NCBI RefSeq assembly: GCF_964355755.1
Contig: NC_092680.1
Location: 744,001 to 808,000 of the forward strand
Source: Antedon mediterranea
Taxonomy: Eukaryota > Animalia > Echinodermata
DNA: 64,000 nucleotides
Reading direction: 5' to 3'
The translations under genes and the position numbers were made by a program. Every line of letters starts with the position of its first letter. The stretch's first letter is position 1. This document shows, one piece after another, positions 12,855 through 25,900 of this stretch. The notes under the pieces are model-generated. The model had not been told where the DNA came from. It worked only from the letters and a program-made list of their open reading frames with translations, and did not search any database.

Positions 12855-13680
12855 TTTTACTTTTTCTTAATCATCCTCATCATCCTCATAATCATTATCA
12901 TAATTATCATCATCATCAAAATCCTGTCCTCAGCTTAATGTGGAGTTTACTTTTTCTAATCATCCTCATCATCCTCATAATCATTATCATCATTATTATC
13001 ATCAAAATCATGTCAGCTTAATGTAGAGTTTACTTTTTCTAATCATCCTCATCATCATTATCATCATCATCATAATTATCATCATAAAAAAAAACCTTGT
13101 CATCAGCTTAATGTAGAGTTTACTTTTTCTAATCATCCTAATCATCCTCATCATCATTATCATCATCATCATAATTGTCATCATAAAAAAAAAACCTTGT
13201 CATCAGCTTAATGTAGAGTTTACTTTTTCTAATCATCCTCATCATCCTCATCATCATTATCATCATTATCATAATTATCGTCATCACAATCATGTCAGAT
13301 TAATGTAGAGTTTACTTTTTCTAATCATCCTCATCATCCTGATTATTATCATCATCATTATCATCATCAAAATCATGTCAGCTTAATGTAGAGTTTACTT
13401 TTTCTAATCATTCTCATCATCATCCTCATCATCATTATCATCAAAATAAATCAAAATGTCATCAACGTCATCTGTAATTATCATTCATAATAGTATATAG
13501 CCACGGTGATTATTATTATTATCATTATCATCCTCATCATCATTATCATCATCAAAATCATGTCATCAACATCATCTGTCACATCATTCATAATAGTATA
13601 TAACCTCGCTGATTATTATTATTATCATCATCATCCACATCACAAACAAAACTTTCATCATCACTATCATTATTCTTATT
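12855..13680. repeat. 83-100 bp compound repeat in (ATC/ATT)n low-complexity DNA
   Basis: Block CAGCTTAATGTAGAGTTTACTTTTTCTAATCATCC at 12931, 13014, 13104, 13204, 13296 and 13379. Confidence 0.9.
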
Positions 13681-13957
13681 CGATTGTGGATTTTGGATTT
13701 CATGGCAGATAATGACTTATGGCTATGATTATTTATGTATTACTGTTTTGTTTGTTTTATTCGTTGTTATAAATTTGGTAAATCTTTGACATTTGCAATA
13801 ATAAGGAAAATTAAAATGAATTATCACCATAATATTATTATCATTATCATCACCATCATCATCAAATCACCATCAACATATTCCCCCTCATAACATTATG
13901 ATTAAGTTCAATAACGTAAGTTCAATAATAATGATGGTATGGTATTATTCGGATCAA

Positions 13958-14132
13958 AATTAGAAGTGGGTATTCTCTCCTCTTCACCCTTATTAGAAGT
14001 GGGTACTCTCTCCTCTTCACCCTTATTACAATACAATGTAAATTAGAAGTGGGTACTCTCTCCTCTTCACCCTTATTACAATACAATGTAAGTGGGTACT
14101 CTCTCCTCTTCACCCTTTACAATACAATGTAA
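13958..14132. repeat. Short tandem repeat ATTAGAAGTGGGTACTCTCTCCTCTTCACCCTT x4
   Basis: Four visible copies, some with an added ACAATACAATGTAA. Confidence 0.9.
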
Positions 14133-14466
14133 AATAACAAAACAAAAAACCAATGAAATAAAAATCTATCACCGCTATCATCATTATCACCGGCCTTATT
14201 ATAATCAACTATTATAACCTTTAGATAATCTAGGTGAACATTAGTAATGTCTGGCATAATACTTACCACGACACACATTTATGTTCTATTACTTGTCCTA
14301 AAATGGTTGTAATTCATCAAAGATACCATTATACAAAAGTGACAAATTGCGGAGAATATATGAAATAGGAATTTAATATATTCTTCTGAAATAAATATGA
14401 AACGAATATACTGTCATTTGGCAAAATCACGATTACGCTGTTTGATATTCTACACAAGAATACTAA

Positions 14467-14591
14467 AGCTCTGTTTACACTATCAAACTTTGAGTTATGT
14501 GCCCATATATGGACACAATGACATATCATTACCATATTTGGGCGCGTCACACTTTTTTTTTTCAAACTAGTTTGATAGTTTAGACAGAGCT
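14467..14591. mobile_element. Harbinger-type MITE family A copy
   Basis: Both TIRs present; TAA target duplication on each side. Confidence 0.85.
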
Positions 14592-16335
14592 TAAGCTCGG
14601 TATCATATCTAGTGACAAAAACATCAAGCAATCACATCGCGCCTTCTGTAAGTAGGAAACACTAACATCCTCTCACGGCACTATTCAACAGTAGCGTTTA
14701 GCGTTATGTCAACTCTTTTCTGACAACTGTTAGTTAGATGGGACCTGTTGCAGTCAGCAGACCCGATACTGCAGGATGTTTATTATCGCTAGACATGATA
14801 CCCTACAAGGCAAGAATCACTTTCCTCCCTAACTGGACTAATTCCCATGAAACCGTTTAAAAAAAAAATAAATAAAAGAAATCATTTAAAATATAAAAAA
14901 AATAATAAAAAGCAGGAAGAAAGTGTAATAAAACTTAGAAATAATACAATCAAAAACATTTCACTAGTTACACGGTACTTTCAACATGTAGTACACTTAC
15001 GCACTAAAGCAATTGCACTAAGAGTAATAAAGCAAACGTCATATGCACGTACTGAATCACAACAAAATAATAGATTAGACACCATTTGAAAATGCACTTA
15101 AACGGGTTCAGAAACGGCAAAACAACTTCCTAGGATAATATCTTCATCATGGTCTGTAACCATGACGCTTTGTGGAAAGGAGAATCTTGGTACTACAAGA
15201 GAAGAGTGAGGTTACAATATTGTTATTTATTAGACAATCTGATCGTCTTGTCCGCTTAGCAGTTGATTGTATAATCGAAGCAGCGTTGTAATCGATGTTA
15301 GGTTCGAGAGAAGTCGTGGTTTAGGAAAGTTAAATTACGCTAACGACCTAACTACATTGTCGTGACAAAGTAATAATCGTTTACAAGCTAACCACTTTCG
15401 AAAACTGAATTGATTTATCAAATGTCAATATTCAAGGAATTGAAATATTTCTTTTGTAATTAAGTGAGGTTTCTTTGTACCGAATTGATAGATATAAATT
15501 ATCATGACCTACTAAAATTGCTGACGACTTTGTTCGCATTTAGTGATCAGTATTTGTCAAGTCGTACGATTACTTTATAAGAAGTACCACTGGGCGTTTT
15601 AACCTTTCCTGAATATTCCTATAAATTAGAATAAATATCCGTTATCCAAGTGATTAATCAACGTGTTTATGTTGCTACAAAACTCATAGTACTGGGAATA
15701 ATATAATTGCAATATAATTATCTTGATAAACTGCTTGGGCGCCCTTGGTATGCGCATGCTCAGTCAGTTATTCATACATACATGTACGCGGTGAATGCCA
15801 GAAGACGAGAATTCATTACACACTGGTGAACGCTTGGTCGTCATAGCAGAATGTTAACAATAGCATAGCGTAGTTTATAAAGACTTTACTGATAGTTTGA
15901 TCGCCTTAAGGTGAGTAGTGTTGAAATTGAACAATTTCATCTAATATTGATTTTTAACACCTCTCAGAATTGAAGACACCAATATCTAGAAAGCCTACCA
16001 GATTCCAAGGAATTCATCAGTAAATTAATTAGAATTATTTAATAATCTTAATTTTTTTACAGAAACATTGAAAGTGATTATTTGTTTTTTAAACTTAGTT
16101 ACGTTTACAATTAATGAAGTATAACCGGGATAGAATAGATAAACGTGAAGCGGATCACAAGAAGAGATTTCCTTTTCATTGGATCGATTACAAAGATTAG
16201 TTGATACAGAATTTATCACAAGACACCTAGACAGACATAACTATTAGATATGTGAACTAATATAGCCTATCGCATCAAGCTGATTTACATGTAATAGTTG
16301 TTGAAAAGGTTTCTGGAAAGTTTTGCTCTTTCAAA

Positions 16336-16522
16336 ATGGCCACAGGAATGTGTAAAGAGCGTCAGAACCGTCTCGTTGATCGCCTGTATATGGAAGCTGT
16401 AAAAAGAGGAGATAGAGAAGCTGCTGAATTTGCGCTGGAAAATATTAAAGTTTTTGACAAAGATTGTGTGGATAGAAATGGCGACTCTGCCATTGACTTA
16501 GCTATCGATACAAGAAATACAG
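16336..16522 (+). CDS. TRPC: TRPC coding exon 1 (ankyrin repeat 1)
   Basis: YMEAVKRGD...[16 protein letters not shown]; donor G|GTATGA. Confidence 0.88.
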
Positions 16523-19500
16523 GTATGATTTTGAAAGATATTAGTGTTAATTTTTCAATTTTTGTAAAATCATAGCAAGCCTATTTCGGGATTTGATTTT
16601 ATTCGGGGTCAACATTTACAACAAAATAGGAATACAAACAGTTTACAAGCAAATACATTAAATTAGAAACCAAAGATAGCCCATAAAGTCTAAAGAAAAA
16701 TCAACTTAATTCCAATGGGGTCCTTTAATTCCAATGGGGTCCTTTAATTCCAATGGGGTACTTTAATTCCAATGGGGTCCTTTAATTCAAATGGGGTCCT
16801 TTAATTCCAATGGGGTACTTTAATTCCAATGGGGTCCTTTAATTCCAATGGGGTCCTTTAATTCCAATGGGGTCCTTTAATTCCAATGGGGTCCTTTAAT
16901 TCCAATGGGATACTTTAATTCAAATGGGGTCCTTTAAAACAGCATAGGCAATCACAACAAATCAAACGCGCATAACAATAATATGGCAGAAGATACACCA
17001 TTCAAAACTTGAAAAAGACAATACAGATGAATAGTGCTAGTGGTGAATACTGTTTTAGAAAAGCAAACAGTTACTTTTACTCAATTTAACAAACATTTCC
17101 ACATTACAAGAATCCCTAGACTTCTATTTTGCGCCTCCTAATCCTACATCATCTCTTTATACTCGTTTTCCTTAGACACTATCATAAATTTTGTTCGTTG
17201 ATGAAAGATAAATATATTTATCTTTAGGAAGCATCATAACTATACCGTAACTAAACGATGTTAATTCTAGCAAATCTACCGCTTCTTAACTAGGATCAAG
17301 CTAATAGGCTACTACTGTATGTATTAATTATGATTTCCGTCAATCATAGTATAATTGGAGAACTTATGACACAGTTAAAACTAATATGTAATAGTACTAC
17401 CGTATTAAAGATAGATGTTTAAGAGAAAGACGGACAGATAGAGCAATTTAAAACGCCAATAGATCTATTTTACAATATCAATTTCAATTTGTACTTTCAA
17501 AGTATGGACCATTTAAACATCAAACCTTTCAATATATTTTAAATTATCAAGAACAACCCTTTCTGATATATGTATTTTTCTAATTTCAACCATTTACGAT
17601 CGTTTAAAAAATACATCAGAATATAATATTTTGCAAATTATTATTTATCAGAAAAGACTAATTGAGCAAAGGTTAGTAAAATTCATTGTTCTGGTGGCAT
17701 TAGTTTTATTCAGCTTGCTAAAATAATCAGTTTAAAAAACAAAGCTAAGCCTATACTAACTTAAAAAATGGCGCTTTGAATTTACCTACGTACTGTAGAA
17801 AAAGACGCTTACAATTATGTAATCCCATGGACCTAATCTGACTCTGTTACCGAAGTGGCCAAAAGTATAATTTGGCCCCGGAGAAAACACAAACAATGTG
17901 TTAAAATAGATGAACTTTGTAAGTAACTCAAGTTGGAATAAAAAATAGTGCAAAAAAAAAATAATGTTTCCGTATTGGCCTTCTATGATGTCCTAATGAC
18001 TATACGCATTGCATCCAGTACTGAATGTAAAATAATTATTTTATAGGTGTGAACGCTAGTTATATAGTACAATTGACAAGTTTAATGCTATTGAAGCTTG
18101 TAAACTGTAACGACTATACAAATAATATGACGATAATCTACTGTATATAATCATTCACCTTTTTGTTTTTTCTGAGTTAATTGCTACTAAGGGTACAATT
18201 TGTTGCAATGTAATATTGTAAAAAATACGTCATGTACCGCACTGATGATTCGTATCCGCTGTAAAGTAAATATATAAAATGCATTTACAAATCTTAACAT
18301 TAGCAGATTTGCCATGATCTGTGTTATTAAATATATCACTATAGGTCTAAAGCTCTGCCTACACTATCAAACTAGTTTGACAAAAAAGTGTGGTGTGCCC
18401 AAATGTGGTAGTGATATACCTAAATATGGTAGTGATATGACACTATCATGTCTATGTAGGGGCACATCACATTTTTTTTTGTCACATAAAGTTTGATGGT
18501 GTAGACAGAGATTTACACAAATAAATGCATTATGATTTCCGCAAACAAGCCTCGTGAAAAAAACAGCAGTGACAACTTCATGACAGAAGGAGGTAAAAAT
18601 AGAAGGAAAACATAGGATACAACAACAGAAGTCAATAACGTCAATATCCTACGCTTTGGGATGGTGGGTGGAACAATAAGTGTATACAGGTGTAATTTCA
18701 AGCGTTAAAATCAAGAGGAAGCATTATGAAACGCCAGTCGTGCAAAAACTGATTGATAAAACAACCGTTTGATTTTTTAGAACCATCCTGTTTTATAACG
18801 ACCACGAAGCATTTTTAATATATATATAAAATATATTTAATTTTAACACTGAACTAGATTTTAAAAATAAATGGAAACCAAGGAATTAAGAAATTAAGTT
18901 ACGTGACTTAACCTGGTTTATACGGATTTGATTAAACTGACAAAAAACCATTAGCTACAATAAAGATTATGATAATCTTAAGGATGTCGGCTTAAGATGA
19001 TGACAATAGTGATGCAAATGATAATGATGCCAATAATAATTTACTGAGTGTCCTCCTAAAGCGGACGCGTCCCAATGGATGTTGAACATGGATTATAGCA
19101 TAATCAACTCGGTCGAAGAGTCTTATTAATAATTGATGTTTCATCAAGGTCTAATCTAATAACTGCTAAATTATATTGGTTTGATGGTTTGTTAAACGTG
19201 TAAAGACGGTTGTGCTAATGTGCTAAAACATTAAATAATTCCATTCAACCTCTTCAGCCATGACATCCGTTAATGCCTGTCATTACAACTTGATCCACCC
19301 TGGATTGATTCGTATTTAAAGCTCTGTCTACACTATCAAACTAGACAAAAAAAGTGTTATGTGCCCAAATATGGTAGTGATATGACATATATGGGCACAT
19401 CACATTTTTAGTCGCGTGCGTACAACGCGACTCTACAGCTCACTATGTCGGTCGGTTGGTCGGTCGGTAAACACTAACTTGAGCACGCGACTGCAGCCAT

Positions 19501-22500
19501 GTATATGGCCTTGTTTTTGTCAAATAAAGTTTGATATTGTAGACAGAGCTTAATATTAAATCTGCCTGTATTATTAATCTCTCCCAATTTATACAACACT
19601 GAGCCACTATTACAACAGTAACTATACCATGACGATTAGAGGCCTACTCAGGAAGATCAGCAGATAATGATACTTTCTTTAAATATCTTTCTTTCCAAAA
19701 TCGTGTACACGATACAATAGTTTTGCTGTCATCCGTGATACTTTTTTGGCATATGGATTTAAAACTTTAAAAAGAAACGAAAGATTGTTATTTGTTTTGA
19801 TTCTGAAAGAAAATTATATATTTCAGAGAAAGTAAATAAAAAAAGTGTTATGTATAAAATTTAGAAAGGTTGCCCTTATTGATGTAACTATTATTATTTT
19901 TTGGTAAATAAAAGAATAATTGTCATAAATTTGATTGATATTTTAAATCTTCAGGATTGTAACTTTTAATTAAAAATAAAAAATCCGTTTGTTATGAAAA
20001 AAAAACTTTTGTGCGTTTTCTTCGACTAAATTCACAGATTATATTTTAAATATAGTGAGTATATTACTATTTTTCAATCTATCTTTGCTTTTAATTCTTC
20101 ATTTCATTAGAACGTGTAATCAATTTGTTATCTTATTCGTAAATACATTTTCAGAATTAAGATTGGTAAGGTTTAATAACAATTATACTACTACAATCAA
20201 GGACTGATAATTAGTAAGTTGCATTGTAATAATTGGACAAAAAATCGAAAGATCAAAATAATTATACAGATATAGTTCAAGGTCAGTTATTTTAACCACC
20301 GTACGAACACGACCCAGTATGTAAAGCTTGGCTCTCACTAGCGACGCAACGTAACGTAACCTACGCAACTAAGAAAACGCCCTTCCAATAATCGTTTTTA
20401 CCCCCGCCTGCGTGAAATTTAAATAACTTAATTGTTGTTTTTTTAAACAAAATATATTTCCTGGCGTTTACCGGTGTAATTGGTGGTTGTGCTTTTAAAT
20501 GTTAACAAACTTATATGAATTTACTTCGAACGGAAATAATAATGTTGGTGCCGGTAATGATAATGACATTAATAATGAAAATAATAAAAATATAATTTTA
20601 CAATTACTTTATAAGAGCCGCTATGTATCTTCACGAGTAATTAAGTTTACGTTACGATCAAATGACCGTAATTTAACGAGACCTGGAGGTTCTCTCAAGT
20701 ATCATATTATTCGCATATTACAGTTTGATCCAAAACATTTGAACATTAATTAAGTAAGTATCTTGGCTTTGGACGATCCTCCACATGCCATGCTATGGCC
20801 TTTTAAATTGACTTATGACCTAAAACAGGAGTTTTTCATTAATTTATGCGTATACGGGATAATCACAAATCTAACATAATTTGGCCAAAAACCCGAAGAG
20901 TTTTTTTTTTTAGTTTTCGCTTTAGTGATACCATACTTCCCTCTTGTACCACATTTTGGTAACAATTGGATATAATTGTGTCTAGCATAATTTGTGCTGA
21001 ACATTATGCTGCCCATCGCTGACCATTGTGCTGCCCATCGCTGACCATTGTGCTGCCCATCGCTGACCATTGTGCTGCCCATTGTGCTGATCATGCGCAA
21101 AATTAACAGTTGGATGATAAAAATCAAAATGATTAACAGCCAGAAAGAAGTTCTAAGCTTTCGGAAAATACTATTCCTACCCATTTATAAATTTATAAAT
21201 TTTTAAATTGTTAATTTACAAATTAACTCAAAATAAGCCGGACACTCCTCAGAGGATAAATATTTTGAGTTAATTTGTGCACAAACCAATAGTGAACCAA
21301 TTGCGTAAATAATCTTACAAGAACCATTCCAGACTTTTTTTTCCAGTACACATAGTTTCTTTGAGCTGATTCCATTAATTACCAAATATGTTTCGTCAAA
21401 AAGTATGCTTTATTAACCGAAATTCTGCACAATAACAAATGCATTTAAGCTTTATAGATTTAGTAAAAACTGTCATTTCCATTTTCTACGTTTTGTCGGA
21501 CGTGTGTTGTTATGTTTGGATGGTTACATAAAAAACTAATGCTTCAAAATTATTTGTCAATAACATTCGAAAAATGATAAATTCAGTTTAGATAAATCTT
21601 TATAGATTTAATTTAAATAATAGCTTTGGTTTTCTGATCTCTTATTCATCAAGTCCGAAAATAAAGCCCTCCGGCAAGGACTTGACTTGGAAAGAGTGTC
21701 TCATAAGTGGATATAGAACTGTTATCATTATTCATGACTATATGTACGTATACAGTGAAGATGATCCATTAATATCATTCGATGCCATTGTTTGTCAGTG
21801 CACTTTGTTTTAGTCTTTAAGATTATATTTGCGTCGGTAATCAAGATCTTTAATACTTTTATTTATGGTTGTTTTATGTTAAATAGATAAATTAGTAAAA
21901 GCAAATGTGGCAGCTTCGAAGATATTTTGAAGTAGGGCCTACTTTAAATTAAGAAACTGGAAAAGTACCAGCATTTTAGATATAGGGGCATTTTTAGTAA
22001 AAATTGTTAGTAACTCTAAAATATTTGTGATTATGATTATTATATATATCATTATATTTCTCTCCAAGCCTACTCACATTAACTCTGGTGAAGGTATTCA
22101 TTCATTCATTTTCTTTATTTTCAGATAGAACATCCATACAAATCATACAAAAAATAAGAAACAATTTCTCCATGAAATTAACACTAGCCACTTCCACAAA
22201 ACCAATACAATATCCTAAAATACCAATTTGCACCAACGCTGTAGTTTTTTACTTTGATTTTATTAGCTTGTTTCTCCATTGAGATACAAACACTGCAGAT
22301 ACACACATTATTATTTTTTTCCAGTAATTTTTATTTATAAATATATGTTAAACAAATATTTCAGATGTAAAATACTTTCATCTTGACTTGAATGCTTACA
22401 TATTTATCAACGAACATACATAAATTAATTGCAAACAGAAGAAACAGTAGACAATTCAAATTGTTAACAAAGTCATTGAATGAAAAAATCTTGTGTTTGA

Positions 22501-22880
22501 ATTTTTAAATTAATCGACTCTTAGTTTAAATTGTAATCTCGTATGTTCATATTATTATTAATATTCACTGTAAAAACCCATCATCGTACAACTTACTTAC
22601 CATCCAATTATTGTCTAAGACTCTTATCTAGTTATGTTTAATTATCCTTTCACTCATTGTAGTTTTGATATTTAGTCTTTTCGGTACCCTGAAACTAAAA
22701 GTCTTCATTACTGTTTTTGTCCTGTTTCCGGTTCCCGTGTTGTCCTGTTTTTTTTTTTTCAGTTTCTTTGGGCTGCCTTATACAAGCTTCGCTTTTTAGG
22801 AATGTTGCCCCTCTTATTTTAATCATATTTACTGTTAATTTTTATTTTCTATGAAAGACAAGAAGAGAAATAAATGTTAC

Positions 22881-22914
<34 letters not shown>

Positions 22915-25900
22915 ATATCATACGATAAGGGAACATTCTTTAATAATGTTTATATACACACGGTATGCAATATAAAAAGGTTAAAGGTCAGTGTAGGCCT
23001 ATCATTTTTCTGTTATTGTTGTTATTATCTCTGATCTTTCTCTAGAGATGTTGAAGTTATTACTCGATTATAAGGTAGAGGTTCGAGATTCTTTGCTTAA
23101 AGCCGTAGATGCTGAATACATTGAGGCAGTTGAGTTAATCTGTGAATATGCGGAAGTTACCTCAAATAAGGTATGAATATGCAGTCTTTATTACTTTATA
23201 TGTTTTTGAATTCCATCATTCGCCATTGTAACACGTGACCAATTTCTGCGCAAGATTGCTACATTCCAATACCTAAACCAGGGAAGAGTGAGTAATGATT
23301 TCAGTCTTCCCTGCCTAAACCTACCTAACCATTACTAACTACTGTAAGTTTGTCTAAGCTACTTGTCTAACTGTTACATAATACTGAGCACATTGTTTAT
23401 TGTGATACTATTGTTTATAGCCTTCTTTAACTATTATAATAAATTCACTATTTATTTGTTGGCATATTTGTATTCAAAGGTTATACCTGAGAAAAATATA
23501 ACCCATTATTCATTTTAATTATCACAAAATATAATATCTTGCCTTGAGCACTTCAAAGCATTTTTGACGTTGGATGACAATAACTTTAATCATCGAGAGG
23601 CGGATAGCATTGTGTGTTAGAGGAGGTGCATTGCAAGTGAAATATTAGAAGTGGGGATGGTGTTCTTTAAAATCCATCCGGATATTGAATGACGTCATTG
23701 AACTTTATTTTTTAAATGCTTTTGTAAAATATCATTTCCGTCGGTTGTCTGTTATCTATTTTTACTTAAAGATGTATTCTCCCTCAAAAACATGAAACAT
23801 GAAGAATAATTAAATCATATTTTGAATAGGTTATTTTGTAGTTTTAATAAAGTTAATCACTTCCGTAGAAAAAAAATTTTCAATTATAAAATGAATAAAA
23901 CAAATGGTTAAATTCAATCAAAAATCTATTGGCTTGCAGGCAATTTGACTATTTTTTTGCTTTAAATTACATTTTTTTCGGGTAAATTTTTTTTAGATCT
24001 AATTTTTGGTCAAAGTGAATAACAATTATGTGACATTAAAATGGTATAATAAAAAAAATTAATAATTATTTTTTCAGGGCGACAATACATCTTTAACTAT
24101 TCAAATGTCGAGTGTCATTTTGTTGTATTTGCATTCATTTTAATATCACAATATCATATTAACAGCAGCAGCTTAATTATTTTGCTTAATATGATTGATT
24201 CAAACGTGTTGTTCATTGAAACATTTTACAACTAAAGAGGGATCTTTAATTCAGTGTGTATAATAATAGGTATGATTTTTTTTCTTGTCCTTCAGTATCT
24301 TATTTCAATGAATACATTAATAAGTATCTAAATTCAGTATATGTTGAGACCTATAGCTAACTCGTTACACAACTGTCATGTTTTAAATGTGCTATTGTAC
24401 GCTCGTATTTGATGATAATGATATTAACTACAGTGTATGCACAACACGCTGGAAATTACCATATGTCAATTAGTTATAAATGAAATAATTTGAAAAGTTA
24501 ATATTTGGATCAGTTTTCTAATACTCATATTACGCATAAAATTGACAAGATAATTGATAGTCATTGTAAGAATAGAACGAGGCCATCATACGCAAATAAT
24601 AGGACTACTGCAGTTTTGTTACGTAAACCGTGGTTCCCACTAGCGACGCGACGTGACGTAACGCAATGCAACGACGTATCGACACAAAATGCTGCATTGC
24701 GTGGGAACCGACGAAGCAACATAGTGCTGCAAACATTCCAGGTTTGATTTCATGCAGGTGGGGGTAAACACAGTGATTGAAATGGCATTTGCTAAAGTTG
24801 CGTAAATTGCGTTACGTTGCGTCGCTAGTGGGAACAACGTTTTAGTATGAACATTTTGATATTTTGTACTGCGAACCGTAATTATAATGGTACTATTGCA
24901 CGTTTCATGTTTCGCTTATTTATAGTTTAGTGTCTCCGTGAGTCAGTCCGTATCATCCTCAACAATGTTTGCATATGTTGCATATACTATGTAACTATCC
25001 TAAAAAAACAACCTCAATAAAAGCGTGGATTTTTCGCATTAAGCTAAAAACATATTAATCACGGCATTACAATTATATTTACTATATTTATTGTACATTT
25101 GAGTGGCAGAAATGAGATATCAAGTAATGAGAAAAATAGTAATACTTCTAATGGACAATTTTTTAATTGTTTAGATATTAAGTGTGATAAAAATCTCTTC
25201 AGTCTTGTGCGCTAAATAATTGCTTGATAGGAACACTGTTCATTTCTTTTTTAAATCCACGTACAATCAAATATTTTTTTTAATACAAAATCACACCTTA
25301 GACCTTTAGACGCCATCCTTGTCAGATGATAATTGCATAACTACCTAGGGATAGTAGGTAAAGTATTGTGAAGTTCTGTTCTTTACAATGATTTATTAGA
25401 CAGAAAATAAAGTAAATTGTACTAAAGTGTATTTTGAAATAAAGTACAAAGCAATCATCGAATTCGAAATTATATATATATCATCCGAACAGATTTGTTC
25501 TACTAATAACTTTCAAAATATAAAGATTTTGTAGTTAGAAACTTCAGATATTGCAAAGTTAATTTTGACATTTAATGATGCTAAATGTTAGTTTATAAAG
25601 TTAAAAAAAAAACAAGGGAAATAGGAAAAAATATAAGGAAATGGCAAAAGCCATCATGACGCTATGGATCATGGGAACTGTCACATGTGATTGGTCAACT
25701 AACCTACATTGTACGCCGCCATTGAGTTGCGTCCAAGTGGAAGCCATATTTAAAAAAATGTGTTTAAATATATGCCAATAAATATGCTATGTAAACTAAG
25801 GTGAAACATTACAATAAACTTCTATAAATAACATCTATGAATCGAAATAAAACTAGCATGAATGCAACACAATACAGATGCATTATATATATTCCCCTAC

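Noticed and set aside
12931-13440. Constant block with variable spacers resembling a CRISPR array
   Set aside because: The spacers are related (ATC)n microsatellite sequence, the context is eukaryotic, and there are no cas genes.
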